A stretch of 64,000 bases of DNA from a virus (taxonomy: Duplodnaviria; Heunggongvirae; Uroviricota; Caudoviricetes): positions 1 to 64,000 of the IMG/VR virus record IMGVR_UViG_3300043444_000502; one strand, given 5' to 3'. A model generated the notes under the pieces. The model was not told the origin of the DNA and did no database searches. It worked only from the letters and a program-made list of their open reading frames with translations. Below are positions 1 to 7,591 of this stretch, one piece after another (position 1 is the stretch's first letter; each line of letters begins with the position of its first letter). The position numbers and the translations under genes are program-made.

Positions 1-61
1 AGACGATTCCGTGAGAAGTGCTAGAAGCAAACGTTCATGACATCCCAGTGTAATTCAATAT

Positions 62-148
62 GGTGAATTGGCAGAGAGGCTTATTGCGTTTGTTTGCTAA
101 ACAAAAGATCCTCAACGGGGTCCATAGGTTCGAATCCTATATTCACCA
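62..148 (+). tRNA. tRNA-Ser: tRNA-Ser(GCT), class II (long variable arm)
   Basis: hand-folded: acceptor GGTGAAT/ATTCACC, anticodon stem TTTGT/ACAAA, loop TTGCTAA, T-arm ATAGGTTCGAATCCTAT. Confidence 0.7.
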
Positions 149-155
149 CCATTTT

Positions 156-227
156 GGGCTGTTAGTGATAATGGGAGCACGTCGGCTTTGCACGTCGAAG
201 GTAAGAGTTCGATTCTCTTACGGTCCA
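156..227 (+). tRNA. tRNA-Ala: tRNA-Ala(TGC)
   Basis: acceptor GGGCTGT/ACGGTCC with G3.U70, anticodon stem TCGGC/GTCGA, loop TTTGCAC, T-loop TTCGATT, CCA encoded. Confidence 0.7.
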
Positions 228-236
228 CCAAAATAT

Positions 237-307
237 ATCTCAGTAGTGTAATGGCAGCATCACAGTCTCCAAAACTGTTGGTCGGGGTTCGAGTCCCTGC
301 TGGGATG
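237..307 (+). tRNA. tRNA-Trp: tRNA-Trp(CCA)
   Basis: acceptor ATCTCAG/CTGGGAT, anticodon stem ACAGT/ACTGT, loop CTCCAAA, T-arm CGGGGTTCGAGTCCCTG. Confidence 0.7.
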
Positions 308-372
308 CCAATCAATCACGTGGGTAGCAAGAAAAGATAGGTTAAATTCTACACCTGCGTGGCTCAATTAAT

Positions 373-447
373 CTCTGTGTAATGTCAATCTGGTAGACGG
401 CTCGGTTTGGAACTGAGAGGCTGTAGGTTCGAATCCTACCATGGAGA
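373..447 (+). tRNA. tRNA-Pro: tRNA-Pro(TGG)? (A37; isotype less certain)
   Basis: acceptor CTCTGTG/CATGGAG, anticodon stem CTCGG/CTGAG, loop TTTGGAA, T-arm GTAGGTTCGAATCCTAC. Confidence 0.55.
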
Positions 448-455
448 CCAAATAT

Positions 456-527
456 GCTTCCGTAGCTCAGAGGAAGAGCACAGTCTTGATAAGGCTGGGG
501 TCGACATTTCGAAATTGTCCGGGAGTA
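456..527 (+). tRNA. tRNA-Ile: tRNA-Ile(GAT)
   Basis: acceptor GCTTCCG/CGGGAGT, D-arm GCTCAGAGGAAGAGC, anticodon stem CAGTC/GGCTG, loop TTGATAA. Confidence 0.7.
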
Positions 528-540
528 CCATTTTTAATGT

Positions 541-586
541 ATCATATAATATACATTATGAGCGTTTATGTATATTATATGATACA
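541..586. repeat. AT-rich perfect inverted repeat (ATCATATAATATACAT ... ATGTATATTATATGAT) between two tRNAs
   Basis: read directly from the sequence. Confidence 0.6.
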
Positions 587-590
587 TTAT

Positions 591-665
591 GGTGCGGTGG
601 CCGAGTGGTCCAAGGCAACGGATTGCAAATCCGTAAAATCGTCAGTTCAAATCTGACTCGCACCT
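591..665 (+). tRNA. tRNA-Cys: tRNA-Cys(GCA)
   Basis: acceptor GGTGCGG/TCGCACC, anticodon stem ACGGA/TCCGT, loop TTGCAAA, T-arm GTCAGTTCAAATCTGAC. Confidence 0.65.
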
Positions 666-674
666 CCAAATAAT

Positions 675-747
675 GCGGCTATAGTCTAATGGATAAGGCA
701 ACGGTCTTCTACACCGTCAGATGTGGGTTCGACTCCTGCTAGCCGCG
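675..747 (+). tRNA. tRNA-Arg: tRNA-Arg(TCT)
   Basis: acceptor GCGGCTA/TAGCCGC, anticodon stem ACGGT/ACCGT, loop CTTCTAC, T-loop TTCGACT. Confidence 0.7.
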
Positions 748-770
748 CCAAATTATTTTTAGAAAAACTA

Positions 771-799
771 TGTACAAACAACTTTAGTTGTGGTATAAT
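771..799 (+). promoter_or_regulatory. sigma70-type early promoter: TGTACA-N17-(TGG)TATAAT
   Basis: -35 771-776, extended -10 791-799; upstream of tRNA-Leu. Confidence 0.55.
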
Positions 800-814
800 A
801 GATGTAAGTTAAAT

Positions 815-894
815 GCGAGTGTGGTGAAATAGGTAAACACAGGAGACTTAAAATCTCCCGCTTCGGCTTGACGGTTCGATTCCGTCCACTCGCA
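815..894 (+). tRNA. tRNA-Leu: tRNA-Leu(TAA), class II
   Basis: acceptor GCGAGTG/CACTCGC, anticodon stem GGAGA/TCTCC, loop CTTAAAA, variable arm CGCTTCGGCTTG, T-loop TTCGATT. Confidence 0.7.
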
Positions 895-903
895 CCAATT
901 AAT

Positions 904-976
904 GCACGGTTCGTCTATCGGTTTAGGACACTAGCCTTTCACGTTAGTAAGACGGGTTCGATTCCCGTACCGTGTA
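904..976 (+). tRNA. tRNA-Glu: tRNA-Glu(TTC)
   Basis: acceptor GCACGGT/ACCGTGT, anticodon stem CTAGC/GTTAG, loop CTTTCAC, T-arm ACGGGTTCGATTCCCGT. Confidence 0.7.
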
Positions 977-1099
977 CCATTAATTAGGCTCTTTGTAAGC
1001 TCAGAGACCTGATCATGTGTTATGTAACTGTAGCAATAAACCGTAATCGATCGTAAAGCGTGTTGAACTACAGCAAATAGTGCAGAGAGTCTAATTAAT

Positions 1100-1174
1100 G
1101 GTTCGTTAGTATAGTTGGCCTAATATGCTTGCCTGTCACGCAAGAGATCACGGGTTCGAATCCCGTACGGACCG
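1100..1174 (+). tRNA. tRNA-Asp: tRNA-Asp(GTC)
   Basis: acceptor GGTTCGT/ACGGACC, anticodon stem CTTGC/GCAAG, loop CTGTCAC, T-arm ACGGGTTCGAATCCCGT. Confidence 0.7.
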
Positions 1175-1184
1175 CCAAATTAAT

Positions 1185-1252
1185 CGCGGAGAGTCAGGGT
1201 AGAGGAAAGTCTCATAAGCTTCTCCTAGAAGGTTCGAATCCTTCCTCCGCAA
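1185..1252 (+). tRNA. tRNA-fMet: tRNA-Met(CAT), initiator-like (C1.A72 mismatch), short D-arm
   Basis: acceptor CGCGGAG/CTCCGCA with unpaired C1-A72, anticodon loop CTCATAA, T-arm GAAGGTTCGAATCCTTC, ends AACCA. Confidence 0.5.
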
Positions 1253-1263
1253 CCAAGTTTTAT

Positions 1264-1337
1264 TGGCCTATAGCACAGTTGGTAGTTGCGCTTGACTGTT
1301 AATCAAGATGTCCGTGGTTCGAGCCCACGTAGGCCAG
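1264..1337 (+). tRNA. tRNA-Asn: tRNA-Asn(GTT)
   Basis: acceptor TGGCCTA/TAGGCCA, anticodon stem CTTGA/TCAAG, loop CTGTTAA, T-loop TTCGAGC. Confidence 0.7.
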
Positions 1338-1412
1338 CCAATTATGTCATGACTAATCTCAGGAACTCCCGTCCACCTGAGTTAAAATAACAAAAAAACG
1401 GGGCCAAATTTT

Positions 1413-1494
1413 GGAGATGTAGGAAAACTGGTAACCCCAGCTGACTGTAAATCAGCCGCCCCTGGCACTGTGTGTTCGACTCACACCGTCTCCA
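1413..1494 (+). tRNA. tRNA-Tyr: tRNA-Tyr(GTA), long variable arm
   Basis: acceptor GGAGATG/CGTCTCC, anticodon stem GCTGA/TCAGC, loop CTGTAAA, T-arm GTGTGTTCGACTCACAC. Confidence 0.7.
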
Positions 1495-1806
1495 CCAAGT
1501 TTTGTAAGTGTTAGCAAGAGAAAGACATCATATTCGAGTAGATGGCCATCGAAAGATTTGATAAAGCAATGAGGGGCGCAATACCCTAGCAAAAAATAGA
1601 AGCATTGGTTAAGTATCCCAAGTGACGTACCGAGTCCCAGCGCGCCTTGATAAATGGGTGAATGATGCATATAACGATGGTTGCATAACTTACAAATTTA
1701 ACAGACCCCGCATTGACCGGTGTGCGTAATCACCGGTCACCATATTTAAGCATACAGTGTGTCGGCTTGCTGATAAACTTTAAGTAGAGATTGTATGCTT
1801 AAATAT

Positions 1807-1878
1807 GGTAACGTAGCAAAGAGGCCTTGCACTTTCTTCATACGGAAGCTAACGCTGGTTCGAATCCAGCCGTTACCA
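1807..1878 (+). tRNA. tRNA-Met: tRNA-Met or Ile2 (CAT), elongator type
   Basis: acceptor GGTAACG/CGTTACC, D-stem GCAA/TTGC, anticodon stem CTTTC/GGAAG, loop TTCATAC, T-arm GCTGGTTCGAATCCAGC. Confidence 0.65.
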
Positions 1879-1897
1879 CCAAGATATATAATTATTT

Positions 1898-1968
1898 GCC
1901 CTATTAGTTTAATGGTAAAACATCGGTTTTGTAATCCGAGGCTTGCAGTTCGATTCTGTGATGGGGCA
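1898..1968 (+). tRNA. tRNA-Thr: tRNA-Thr(TGT)
   Basis: acceptor GCCCTAT/ATGGGGC, D-stem GTTT/AAAC, anticodon loop TTTGTAA (4-5 bp stem), T-loop TTCGATT. Confidence 0.6.
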
Positions 1969-1977
1969 CCAACTTTT

Positions 1978-2051
<74 letters not shown>

Positions 2052-2066
2052 CCAAAATGAGGATAT

Positions 2067-2708
2067 ATGGATATTCCATTATTTGAACAATCGGTTAGAC
2101 ATATTTTATTTCCAACAAAAATTTGGGAATATCAATTAGCTAATACATCTGAACTCGATGTGTATGCACAAAAATTTATTGATATTCGCGAAAAAGAAGG
2201 TGGAGGTTTATATTCTGGATTAGGTAATTGGGTAAGTCCAGATGATTTACACTTGAGAACAGATTGGCAACCTATTAAAGATATTTTTTTAAGTAGAGTT
2301 GCTGCAGCAGTTGATGACTTAGGTATTTTGCATGAAGATCTATACGTAAATTGCATGTGGGGAAATTCTCATATAGGATCAAGTCAACATCAAGTACATC
2401 ATCATCCTAATAGTATGTTTTCTGGAGTATTTTATCTAAGTGCTCCTGAAGGTTGTGGAAATTTATTTTTTAAAGATCCACGCGGACCTTTGGCAAATAC
2501 ATATGTGTTTGACTATAAGGAAGGTTATAATAATTTTGAAATATATAGATTTAAACCGACTAAAGGAAAAATTATTATTTTCCCAAGTTGGTTAGAACAC
2601 GGCACAGAACCAGGAGATTTTGAAGGAGAAAGAATCTCTTTAAGTTTTAACGTAATGGTAAAAACTAAAATTTCTAAACGATCTATTAAATGGAATTATT
2701 ATGACTGA
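2067..2708 (+). CDS. 2OG-Fe(II) oxygenase superfamily protein (TIGR02466-like)
   Basis: motifs HHHPNS ... FPSWLEHG; paralog of 7569 and 8201 ORFs. Confidence 0.6.
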   Translation: MDIPLFEQSVRHILFPTKIWEYQLANTSELDVYAQKFIDIREKEGGGLYSGLGNWVSPDDLHLRTDWQPIKDIFLSRVAAAVDDLGILHEDLYVNCMWGNSHIGSSQHQVHHHPNSMFSGVFYLSAPEGCGNLFFKDPRGPLANTYVFDYKEGYNNFEIYRFKPTKGKIIIFPSWLEHGTEPGDFEGERISLSFNVMVKTKISKRSIKWNYYD

Positions 2709-2865
2709 AGATAAAAAGTGCACATGTGGTCGTTCATTAACTAGCAAATGTGTTGGTTGGCACGATTTAACTGAAGAAGAGTGGAAACAAAAATTGCTTC
2801 AAGCTGTTCAAGCTTTAACTGGACGTGCTAAACAACGCGAAATAGAGAGAAAGAGAAAAAAATGA
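2701..2865 (+). CDS. small hypothetical protein (54 aa, Cys-x-Cys, basic C-terminus)
   Basis: ATG/stop overlaps neighbours (ATGA junction at 2862); not in the >=60 aa track. Confidence 0.3.
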   Translation: MTEDKKCTCGRSLTSKCVGWHDLTEEEWKQKLLQAVQALTGRAKQREIERKRKK

Positions 2866-3131
2866 GTGAAGGCGGAAAAGGTAGTAAACCAAGACCATTT
2901 AGCATTTCTCAAGATGAGTATGATGCTCGATGGGATGCAATCTTTCAACGTGATATTCCTAAAGAAGAGCGAGTTAGTACTAAGATCGAAGATGGTTTCG
3001 AACTAGAAAGCTTAGATCCAGATCAACGTTCATGGTATTATGACGAATATGGTGTTAAACGTAAAAAAGAAAAAGAAGAAGTAAAAATCAAAGCGACGAT
3101 CCTTGATGTAAAGCTTAAAGGATCTATCTAA
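2862..3131 (+). CDS. hypothetical protein
   Basis: ORF track; compact packing. Confidence 0.45.
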   Translation: MSEGGKGSKPRPFSISQDEYDARWDAIFQRDIPKEERVSTKIEDGFELESLDPDQRSWYYDEYGVKRKKEKEEVKIKATILDVKLKGSI

Positions 3132-3136
3132 AACAT

Positions 3137-3209
<73 letters not shown>

Positions 3210-3220
3210 CCAACAATATT

Positions 3221-3300
3221 GCGGATGTGGCGTAATTGGTAGCCGCAACGGTCTTAGAAGCCGTCGCTTCGGCGTGTGAGTTCGAGTCTCACCATCCGCA
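3221..3300 (+). tRNA. tRNA-Leu: tRNA-Leu(TAG), class II
   Basis: acceptor GCGGATG/CATCCGC, anticodon stem ACGGT/GCCGT, loop CTTAGAA, variable arm CGCTTCGGCG, T-arm GTGAGTTCGAGTCTCAC. Confidence 0.7.
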
Positions 3301-3396
3301 CCATTAAAAATTTCCCGATAAAGCTAATCTAGTGAAAGCGCTGGTCTGAAAAGCCAGAGAGTTTGGTGCGTAACCAAATGTCGGGACCACAAATAT

Positions 3397-3469
3397 ACCC
3401 CGTTGGTGAAATGGATGATCATACAACGCTACGAACGTTGAGGTAGAGGTTCGATTCCTTTACGGGGTA
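3397..3469 (+). tRNA. tRNA-Arg: tRNA-Arg(ACG)
   Basis: acceptor ACCCCGT/ACGGGGT, anticodon stem CAACG/CGTTG, loop CTACGAA, T-arm AGAGGTTCGATTCCTTT. Confidence 0.65.
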
Positions 3470-3478
3470 CCAGTTAAT

Positions 3479-3570
3479 GCTCCTGTAGTTTAATGGTAAA
3501 ACTCCAAGCTTATACCTTGGCGATGTCTCTAGATGAGGGAATGATGTGGGTTCGAATCCCGCCGGGAGTA
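3479..3570 (+). tRNA. atypical class II tRNA, 92 nt, anticodon reads TAT (identity unclear: Ile-UAU-like anticodon on a Leu/Ser-like long-arm scaffold)
   Basis: acceptor GCTCCTG/CGGGAGT, D-stem GTTT/AAAC, anticodon stem CCAAG/CTTGG, loop CTTATAC, 25-nt variable region, T-arm GTGGGTTCGAATCCCGC, CCA encoded. Confidence 0.5.
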
Positions 3571-3574
3571 CCAA

Positions 3575-3620
3575 AGTTCTATATGTACAACATGTTAAAA
3601 ATATGGTATAATATACCTAT
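3575..3620 (+). repeat. 47-nt element AGTTCTATATGTACA(A/G)CATGT(T)AAAAATATGGTATAATATA(C)CCTAT, copy 1
   Basis: near-identical copy at 10625-10670 with three differences. Confidence 0.7.
3584..3612 (+). promoter_or_regulatory. early promoter TGTACA-N17-TGGTATAAT
   Basis: part of the 47-nt element duplicated at 10625-10670. Confidence 0.6.
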
Positions 3621-3638
3621 AATTTGAAAGGATATAAT

Positions 3639-4223
3639 ATGCAAGTGAATCTTCGTAAAGCAAATGCAATTCAAGCCGAGATCAAAAAGGCGATTAGTGG
3701 CGTGAAAACAGAAGTAAATGTATCTGTTAGTGAGTTCACTGCAGATATTTCAAAAGCTGTTGCTGATGCTGCAACAGAATTCCTAAATGCTGTGAAGCGT
3801 AAGGAACAACTTAATACAGCATTGTTCGAAATTCGAGCAGCTGTAGGACGAGCAAATGCTCAAGCTGGTGTAGGTGATCTACTTGCAGAAGTAGAACGCA
3901 TTGATGGTAAGATGAATATCATCGCAGCAGTAGCAAATGCTCAAGTAGCAAAGTCTGTAGATGAACTTAAGGCTCGCGTAGAGAAGTTGAAATCTAATAG
4001 CACTGGCGAGAATTCTCGTCTAGCGTTATATGGTGATCGTTACAGTAGTGTAGAAACAAGCGTAGTTGCACAATCTGTGATCGATCAATTCAAAGCTGAA
4101 GTTAAAACACTGAAGCGTGCCAAACAAGATCTTCAAGATAAACTCTTGAATGTGAATGTTGGAACAACCATCACTCTGTCTGCGGACACAGTGAGAGTGT
4201 TAAAAGAGGAAGGTATCCTCTAA
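3639..4223 (+). CDS. hypothetical coiled-coil protein (track start 3624; RBS AAAGGA favours ATG 3639)
   Basis: early promoter at 3584-3612; Ala/Lys/Glu-rich heptad-like sequence. Confidence 0.5.
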   Translation: MQVNLRKANAIQAEIKKAISGVKTEVNVSVSEFTADISKAVADAATEFLNAVKRKEQLNTALFEIRAAVGRANAQAGVGDLLAEVERIDGKMNIIAAVANAQVAKSVDELKARVEKLKSNSTGENSRLALYGDRYSSVETSVVAQSVIDQFKAEVKTLKRAKQDLQDKLLNVNVGTTITLSADTVRVLKEEGIL

Positions 4224-4502
4224 TTTTTCGAGAGTAAGAAGGATAGGAAGTTATTGCATTTAAGGTAAGTTGCAACATTATCGAATTTGTGCTCGATAAT
4301 GCAGGATAAGTCTTGAAAACTTATTCCGACTAATCTCCGGCCAACTCATAGTTAGTTGCTCCCATCATACTGGACGTTAAGTCATTGCTTATTGATAATG
4401 GGATCTTAATACTTTGTGGCCTGCTTATTGTAATTTGCAAATTGCAGGTTGCTGAGCGACTTATCGCATAATGGAATTGATCTCTTACTCTCACCTTCTA
4501 AT

Positions 4503-4573
4503 GCGGGATTAGTTTAGTGGTAAAACGACATCCTTCCAAGTTGTAGTTGCGAGTTCGATTCTCGCATCCCGCT
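4503..4573 (+). tRNA. tRNA-Gly: tRNA-Gly(TCC)
   Basis: acceptor GCGGGAT/ATCCCGC, D-stem GTTT/AAAC, anticodon loop CTTCCAA, T-arm GCGAGTTCGATTCTCGC. Confidence 0.7.
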
Positions 4574-4577
4574 CCAA

Positions 4578-4814
4578 TTGATTATGTACAAAATATATTT
4601 TACAAACGAATACGGTGAAGATAGATCTTATAAAGAAGACTCTTTGTCAGAAGCATTAAAAATTGCTGAAGGACTTAGACGTAATCAAAGAAATAGCTTT
4701 GTTGTAATGACATCAGAGAATCCAAATTGTGTAGGTAAACAGGGTGTTGATAGTGTTGTTGAAGGTAAACTACCTGATGGCAACGATTATGAATGGAAGA
4801 AAAGACGAAAATGA
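4578..4814 (+). CDS. hypothetical protein
   Basis: ORF directly after tRNA-Gly. Confidence 0.4.
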   Translation: MIMYKIYFTNEYGEDRSYKEDSLSEALKIAEGLRRNQRNSFVVMTSENPNCVGKQGVDSVVEGKLPDGNDYEWKKRRK

Positions 4815-4852
4815 AACGAAAACGTAAATCAGAAAAAACCCGAAAGATGATG

Positions 4853-4924
4853 GGGGGTATAACTTAACGGCTAAAGTACCTGGCTTTTAACCAGATAATC
4901 AGAGTTCGATTCTCTGTGCCCCTA
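4853..4924 (+). tRNA. tRNA-Lys: tRNA-Lys(TTT)
   Basis: acceptor GGGGGTA/TGCCCCT, D-stem ACTT/AAGT, anticodon loop CTTTTAA, T-arm CAGAGTTCGATTCTCTG. Confidence 0.65.
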
Positions 4925-5047
4925 CCAAATCATTATAAGAGAGTAGATTGACGAGAACATCATACCACTGCAATGGAACTTGTTCAAGTCGGTTTGCAGA
5001 TCGAGCGGATCTATAAATTACCGTTCAGTCTATTCCCTTATAACGAT

Positions 5048-5119
5048 GGTGTTAGTAGTGTAGTGGCTGCACACTTGTCTGTGAAACAAGTAGAGAGGGT
5101 TCGATTCCCCCTTTCACCC
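5048..5119 (+). tRNA. tRNA-His: tRNA-His(GTG) with extra 5' G(-1)
   Basis: anticodon stem CTTGT/ACAAG, loop CTGTGAA, T-loop TTCGATT; acceptor has two T.T mismatches, so ends uncertain. Confidence 0.55.
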
Positions 5120-5129
5120 CAAAGAATTT

Positions 5130-5202
5130 GCCTGGTTGCGTAGAGAGGTGATACGTCTCCCTTACAAGGAGAGCGATGTTGGTTCGAGTCCAACACCAGG
5201 TA
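5130..5202 (+). tRNA. tRNA-Val: tRNA-Val(TAC)
   Basis: acceptor GCCTGGT/ACCAGGT, anticodon stem TCTCC/GGAGA, loop CTTACAA, T-arm GTTGGTTCGAGTCCAAC. Confidence 0.7.
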
Positions 5203-5225
5203 CCAGATTTGATATATAGTAGTAT

Positions 5226-5297
5226 GCTTCTATAACATAATGGCTAATGTGGACGTCTCTAAAACGTTTTATCTGAGTTCAATTCTCAGTAGAAGCA
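5226..5297 (+). tRNA. tRNA-Sup(CTA): suppressor-type tRNA, anticodon CTA (reads UAG amber), class I
   Basis: acceptor GCTTCTA/TAGAAGC, D-stem ACAT/ATGT, anticodon stem GACGT/ACGTT, loop CTCTAAA, T-arm CTGAGTTCAATTCTCAG, CCA encoded. Confidence 0.6.
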
Positions 5298-5411
5298 CCA
5301 ATTTTTATAAGGAGAAAATCTATGAAAGCGACGCATCTCTAGATTCAAAAGCCTCCGTGATGGTTCTTGTTGTTTAAAGGAAATCATTTTAAATTTAACA
5401 AGGAAAATCAC

Positions 5412-5783
5412 ATGTCTATTGAACTAAAAATTAAAGCAAAACATCTCGCACTTGAGCCAAACATTATTCGTCACGAAGAACGTAAACTCAAGGGGCAAAT
5501 TAAATACACAAACGGAACAGATCAATCGTTGATCTGGAAACTAAACAGTTTACAAAATCATCGTGTGTGTATTGTAAGGAATGAAGCAAGAGCTACTCAT
5601 CTTGCAAGAACGTTCATTGAAGGTAAGCCATATAGTTACGCTGAAAAGAAACGCAATGATGAGGGTTTATTTCAGTTGTATATTATCCCTCGTATCTTAG
5701 CTATGGTGCAACGATACGGTAAGGGTGAACAAAGGAGAATTACGGTTGACGTAATCAAAGAATGGTCTAAACTAGGAGTATAA
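5412..5783 (+). CDS. hypothetical protein (track start 5367; RBS AAGGA before ATG 5412)
   Basis: ORF track. Confidence 0.45.
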   Translation: MSIELKIKAKHLALEPNIIRHEERKLKGQIKYTNGTDQSLIWKLNSLQNHRVCIVRNEARATHLARTFIEGKPYSYAEKKRNDEGLFQLYIIPRILAMVQRYGKGEQRRITVDVIKEWSKLGV

Positions 5784-5784
5784 A

Positions 5785-6342
5785 ATGAATGTGCTGGCAC
5801 TTGACGTAGGTGGAATTCCACGTCAATGGTTAAATTTCGAACAAGCTATATTGTATCATGCTAAAGGCCAAGTTGCTTGGACACTTGGTGATACAGTTGC
5901 TAAGTTCAGAGGAGGTCTACAAAACGATGGTACAGAATCGTATTTAGAATCTCCTTCGATCATTGCTATTAAAGGCGGTGAGGGATTTAATCCTGCAAAA
6001 TTTGGTAAAGTTGTTTTAAGTAACAAAACACTATTTGCAAGAGATAGACATGTCTGCGCGTACTGTGGTAATCATTTTACTTCTAATCATCTTTCCCGTG
6101 ATCATATTGTTCCTGTGTCACGTGGCGGTGAGAATGTTTGGATGAATGTTGTAACTGCGTGTAAGAAATGTAACTCTGTGAAGAGTGACAAAACACTTAA
6201 AGAAGCTCGTATAGAATTGTTATACATTCCATACGAACCAAATCACTACGAACACATGATCCTTATGAATCGTAACATACTTGCAGATCAGATGGAATAT
6301 CTGTTAAGCGGTGTGCCAAAACATTCACGGGTTTTGTCTTAA
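5785..6342 (+). CDS. HNH endonuclease
   Basis: CAYCGN..H..RDHIVPVSRGG...ACKKCN zinc-HNH motif. Confidence 0.8.
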   Translation: MNVLALDVGGIPRQWLNFEQAILYHAKGQVAWTLGDTVAKFRGGLQNDGTESYLESPSIIAIKGGEGFNPAKFGKVVLSNKTLFARDRHVCAYCGNHFTSNHLSRDHIVPVSRGGENVWMNVVTACKKCNSVKSDKTLKEARIELLYIPYEPNHYEHMILMNRNILADQMEYLLSGVPKHSRVLS

Positions 6343-6350
6343 ATCAAATT

Positions 6351-6377
6351 TGGGGATCTCAGATCCCCATTTTTTAT
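6351..6377 (+). terminator. rho-independent terminator
   Basis: GGGGATCT/AGATCCCC hairpin + T-run after the HNH gene. Confidence 0.6.
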
Positions 6378-6390
6378 GATATATAATGAT

Positions 6391-6987
6391 ATGATTGAAA
6401 AGCCTATTATAATTGATGACGTCATCGACGTTTCATATCAAAATGTTCTTATAGAAGAATTCATACAAAAAGCTCCATGGTTTTTTGTAAACGATATTAC
6501 GTTTGCAAATGGTGCAAATCATAGAAAAACTCCAGCCTTTTCCCATTTGTTTACTGAATTTGGAAAATACCATGATGATCAATTTTTTCATATGGTAAGT
6601 CCAATTGCTTATGAAGCATGTAAACATATCAATTATAAAATCGATTTAGTTTATAAAGCTAGATCGTTTTTGCAACTTCCATTATCAGAACAATTTAAAT
6701 CGAAAGATATAGACGCACTACATGTGGATCAACCATTTCCACATCTCGTAGTGCTTTATTATTTGGTTGATTCAGATGGTGATACAATATTGGTTGATCA
6801 TAAACGTGAAGATGATGTAGATTATAATTTAGAAGCATACGATTTTAAAGAATTACTTCGAATTACACCAAAAAAAGGTCGTTGTGTTATCTTTGATGGT
6901 GATTATTATCATACCGCTGAACAACCAGTATATAATACAAGAGCTATTATAAATTTTAATTTACTTGGAAAATTTAAAGATGTTTAA
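6391..6987 (+). CDS. 2OG-Fe(II) oxygenase family protein, sub-family A paralog 1 (track start 6376)
   Basis: LHVDQP..H-x-D ... DGDYYHTAEQP; N-termini of the paralogs align from MIEKPIIIDDVI. Confidence 0.65.
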   Translation: MIEKPIIIDDVIDVSYQNVLIEEFIQKAPWFFVNDITFANGANHRKTPAFSHLFTEFGKYHDDQFFHMVSPIAYEACKHINYKIDLVYKARSFLQLPLSEQFKSKDIDALHVDQPFPHLVVLYYLVDSDGDTILVDHKREDDVDYNLEAYDFKELLRITPKKGRCVIFDGDYYHTAEQPVYNTRAIINFNLLGKFKDV

Positions 6988-7591
6988 AGAACCTATTGTC
7001 ATAGATAATGTCATTTCAAAACGATATCAAACTCATGTGCGTGATAGTTTATTAAGTGCAAATATCGAATGGTTTTATCAACCAGATATTACATATCCAA
7101 TGCATAAAATGCCTGAAGGTTTTATTCCAAAACCGGGTTTATCACATTTGTATTACGATAATGTTAGAAGCCAAAATCCGCTTAGTCCATGGTTTCATAT
7201 GATTTGGCCTATCGCATTAGAAGCATGTGATAAAATGAATATTGTATTCGATGAATTAATGCGCGCTCGTTCATTTTTACATTTCCCTACAGATCCAAAT
7301 AGTAAACTACTTAATCATCCACACATTGATTATGAAATTCCACATTTAGTTTTATTATATTATGTTAATGATAGCGATGGTCCAACGGTTTTATATAATG
7401 AAACACTCGTTGATATTAAAGAAAAGGATTTGTCACTTGATAAACTTACTGTGAAAATGGAAGTAGAACCACGTCAAGGGCGAATGGTTATTTTTGATGG
7501 ACACACATATCATAGTAGCACACAACCTACAAAATCATCTCGATGTATTATTAATTATAATTTATTAGGTGCAAAATATGCAACTAACTAA
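6980..7591 (+). CDS. 2OG-Fe(II) oxygenase family protein, sub-family A paralog 2 (track start 6965)
   Basis: PHIDYEIPH ... FDGHTYHSS; paralog of the 6391 ORF. Confidence 0.65.
   Translation: MFKEPIVIDNVISKRYQTHVRDSLLSANIEWFYQPDITYPMHKMPEGFIPKPGLSHLYYDNVRSQNPLSPWFHMIWPIALEACDKMNIVFDELMRARSFLHFPTDPNSKLLNHPHIDYEIPHLVLLYYVNDSDGPTVLYNETLVDIKEKDLSLDKLTVKMEVEPRQGRMVIFDGHTYHSSTQPTKSSRCIINYNLLGAKYATN

Noticed and set aside
60-673. Track ORFs 60-251(+), 112-315(-), 407-673(+), 441-656(+)
   Set aside because: They lie entirely over hand-folded tRNA genes; tRNA-shaped sequence produces spurious ORFs.
4224-4500. Group I intron in the 4224-4500 non-coding gap
   Set aside because: Inverted repeats are present, but no recognisable P7/G-binding core motif was found, and the gap is not inside a gene.
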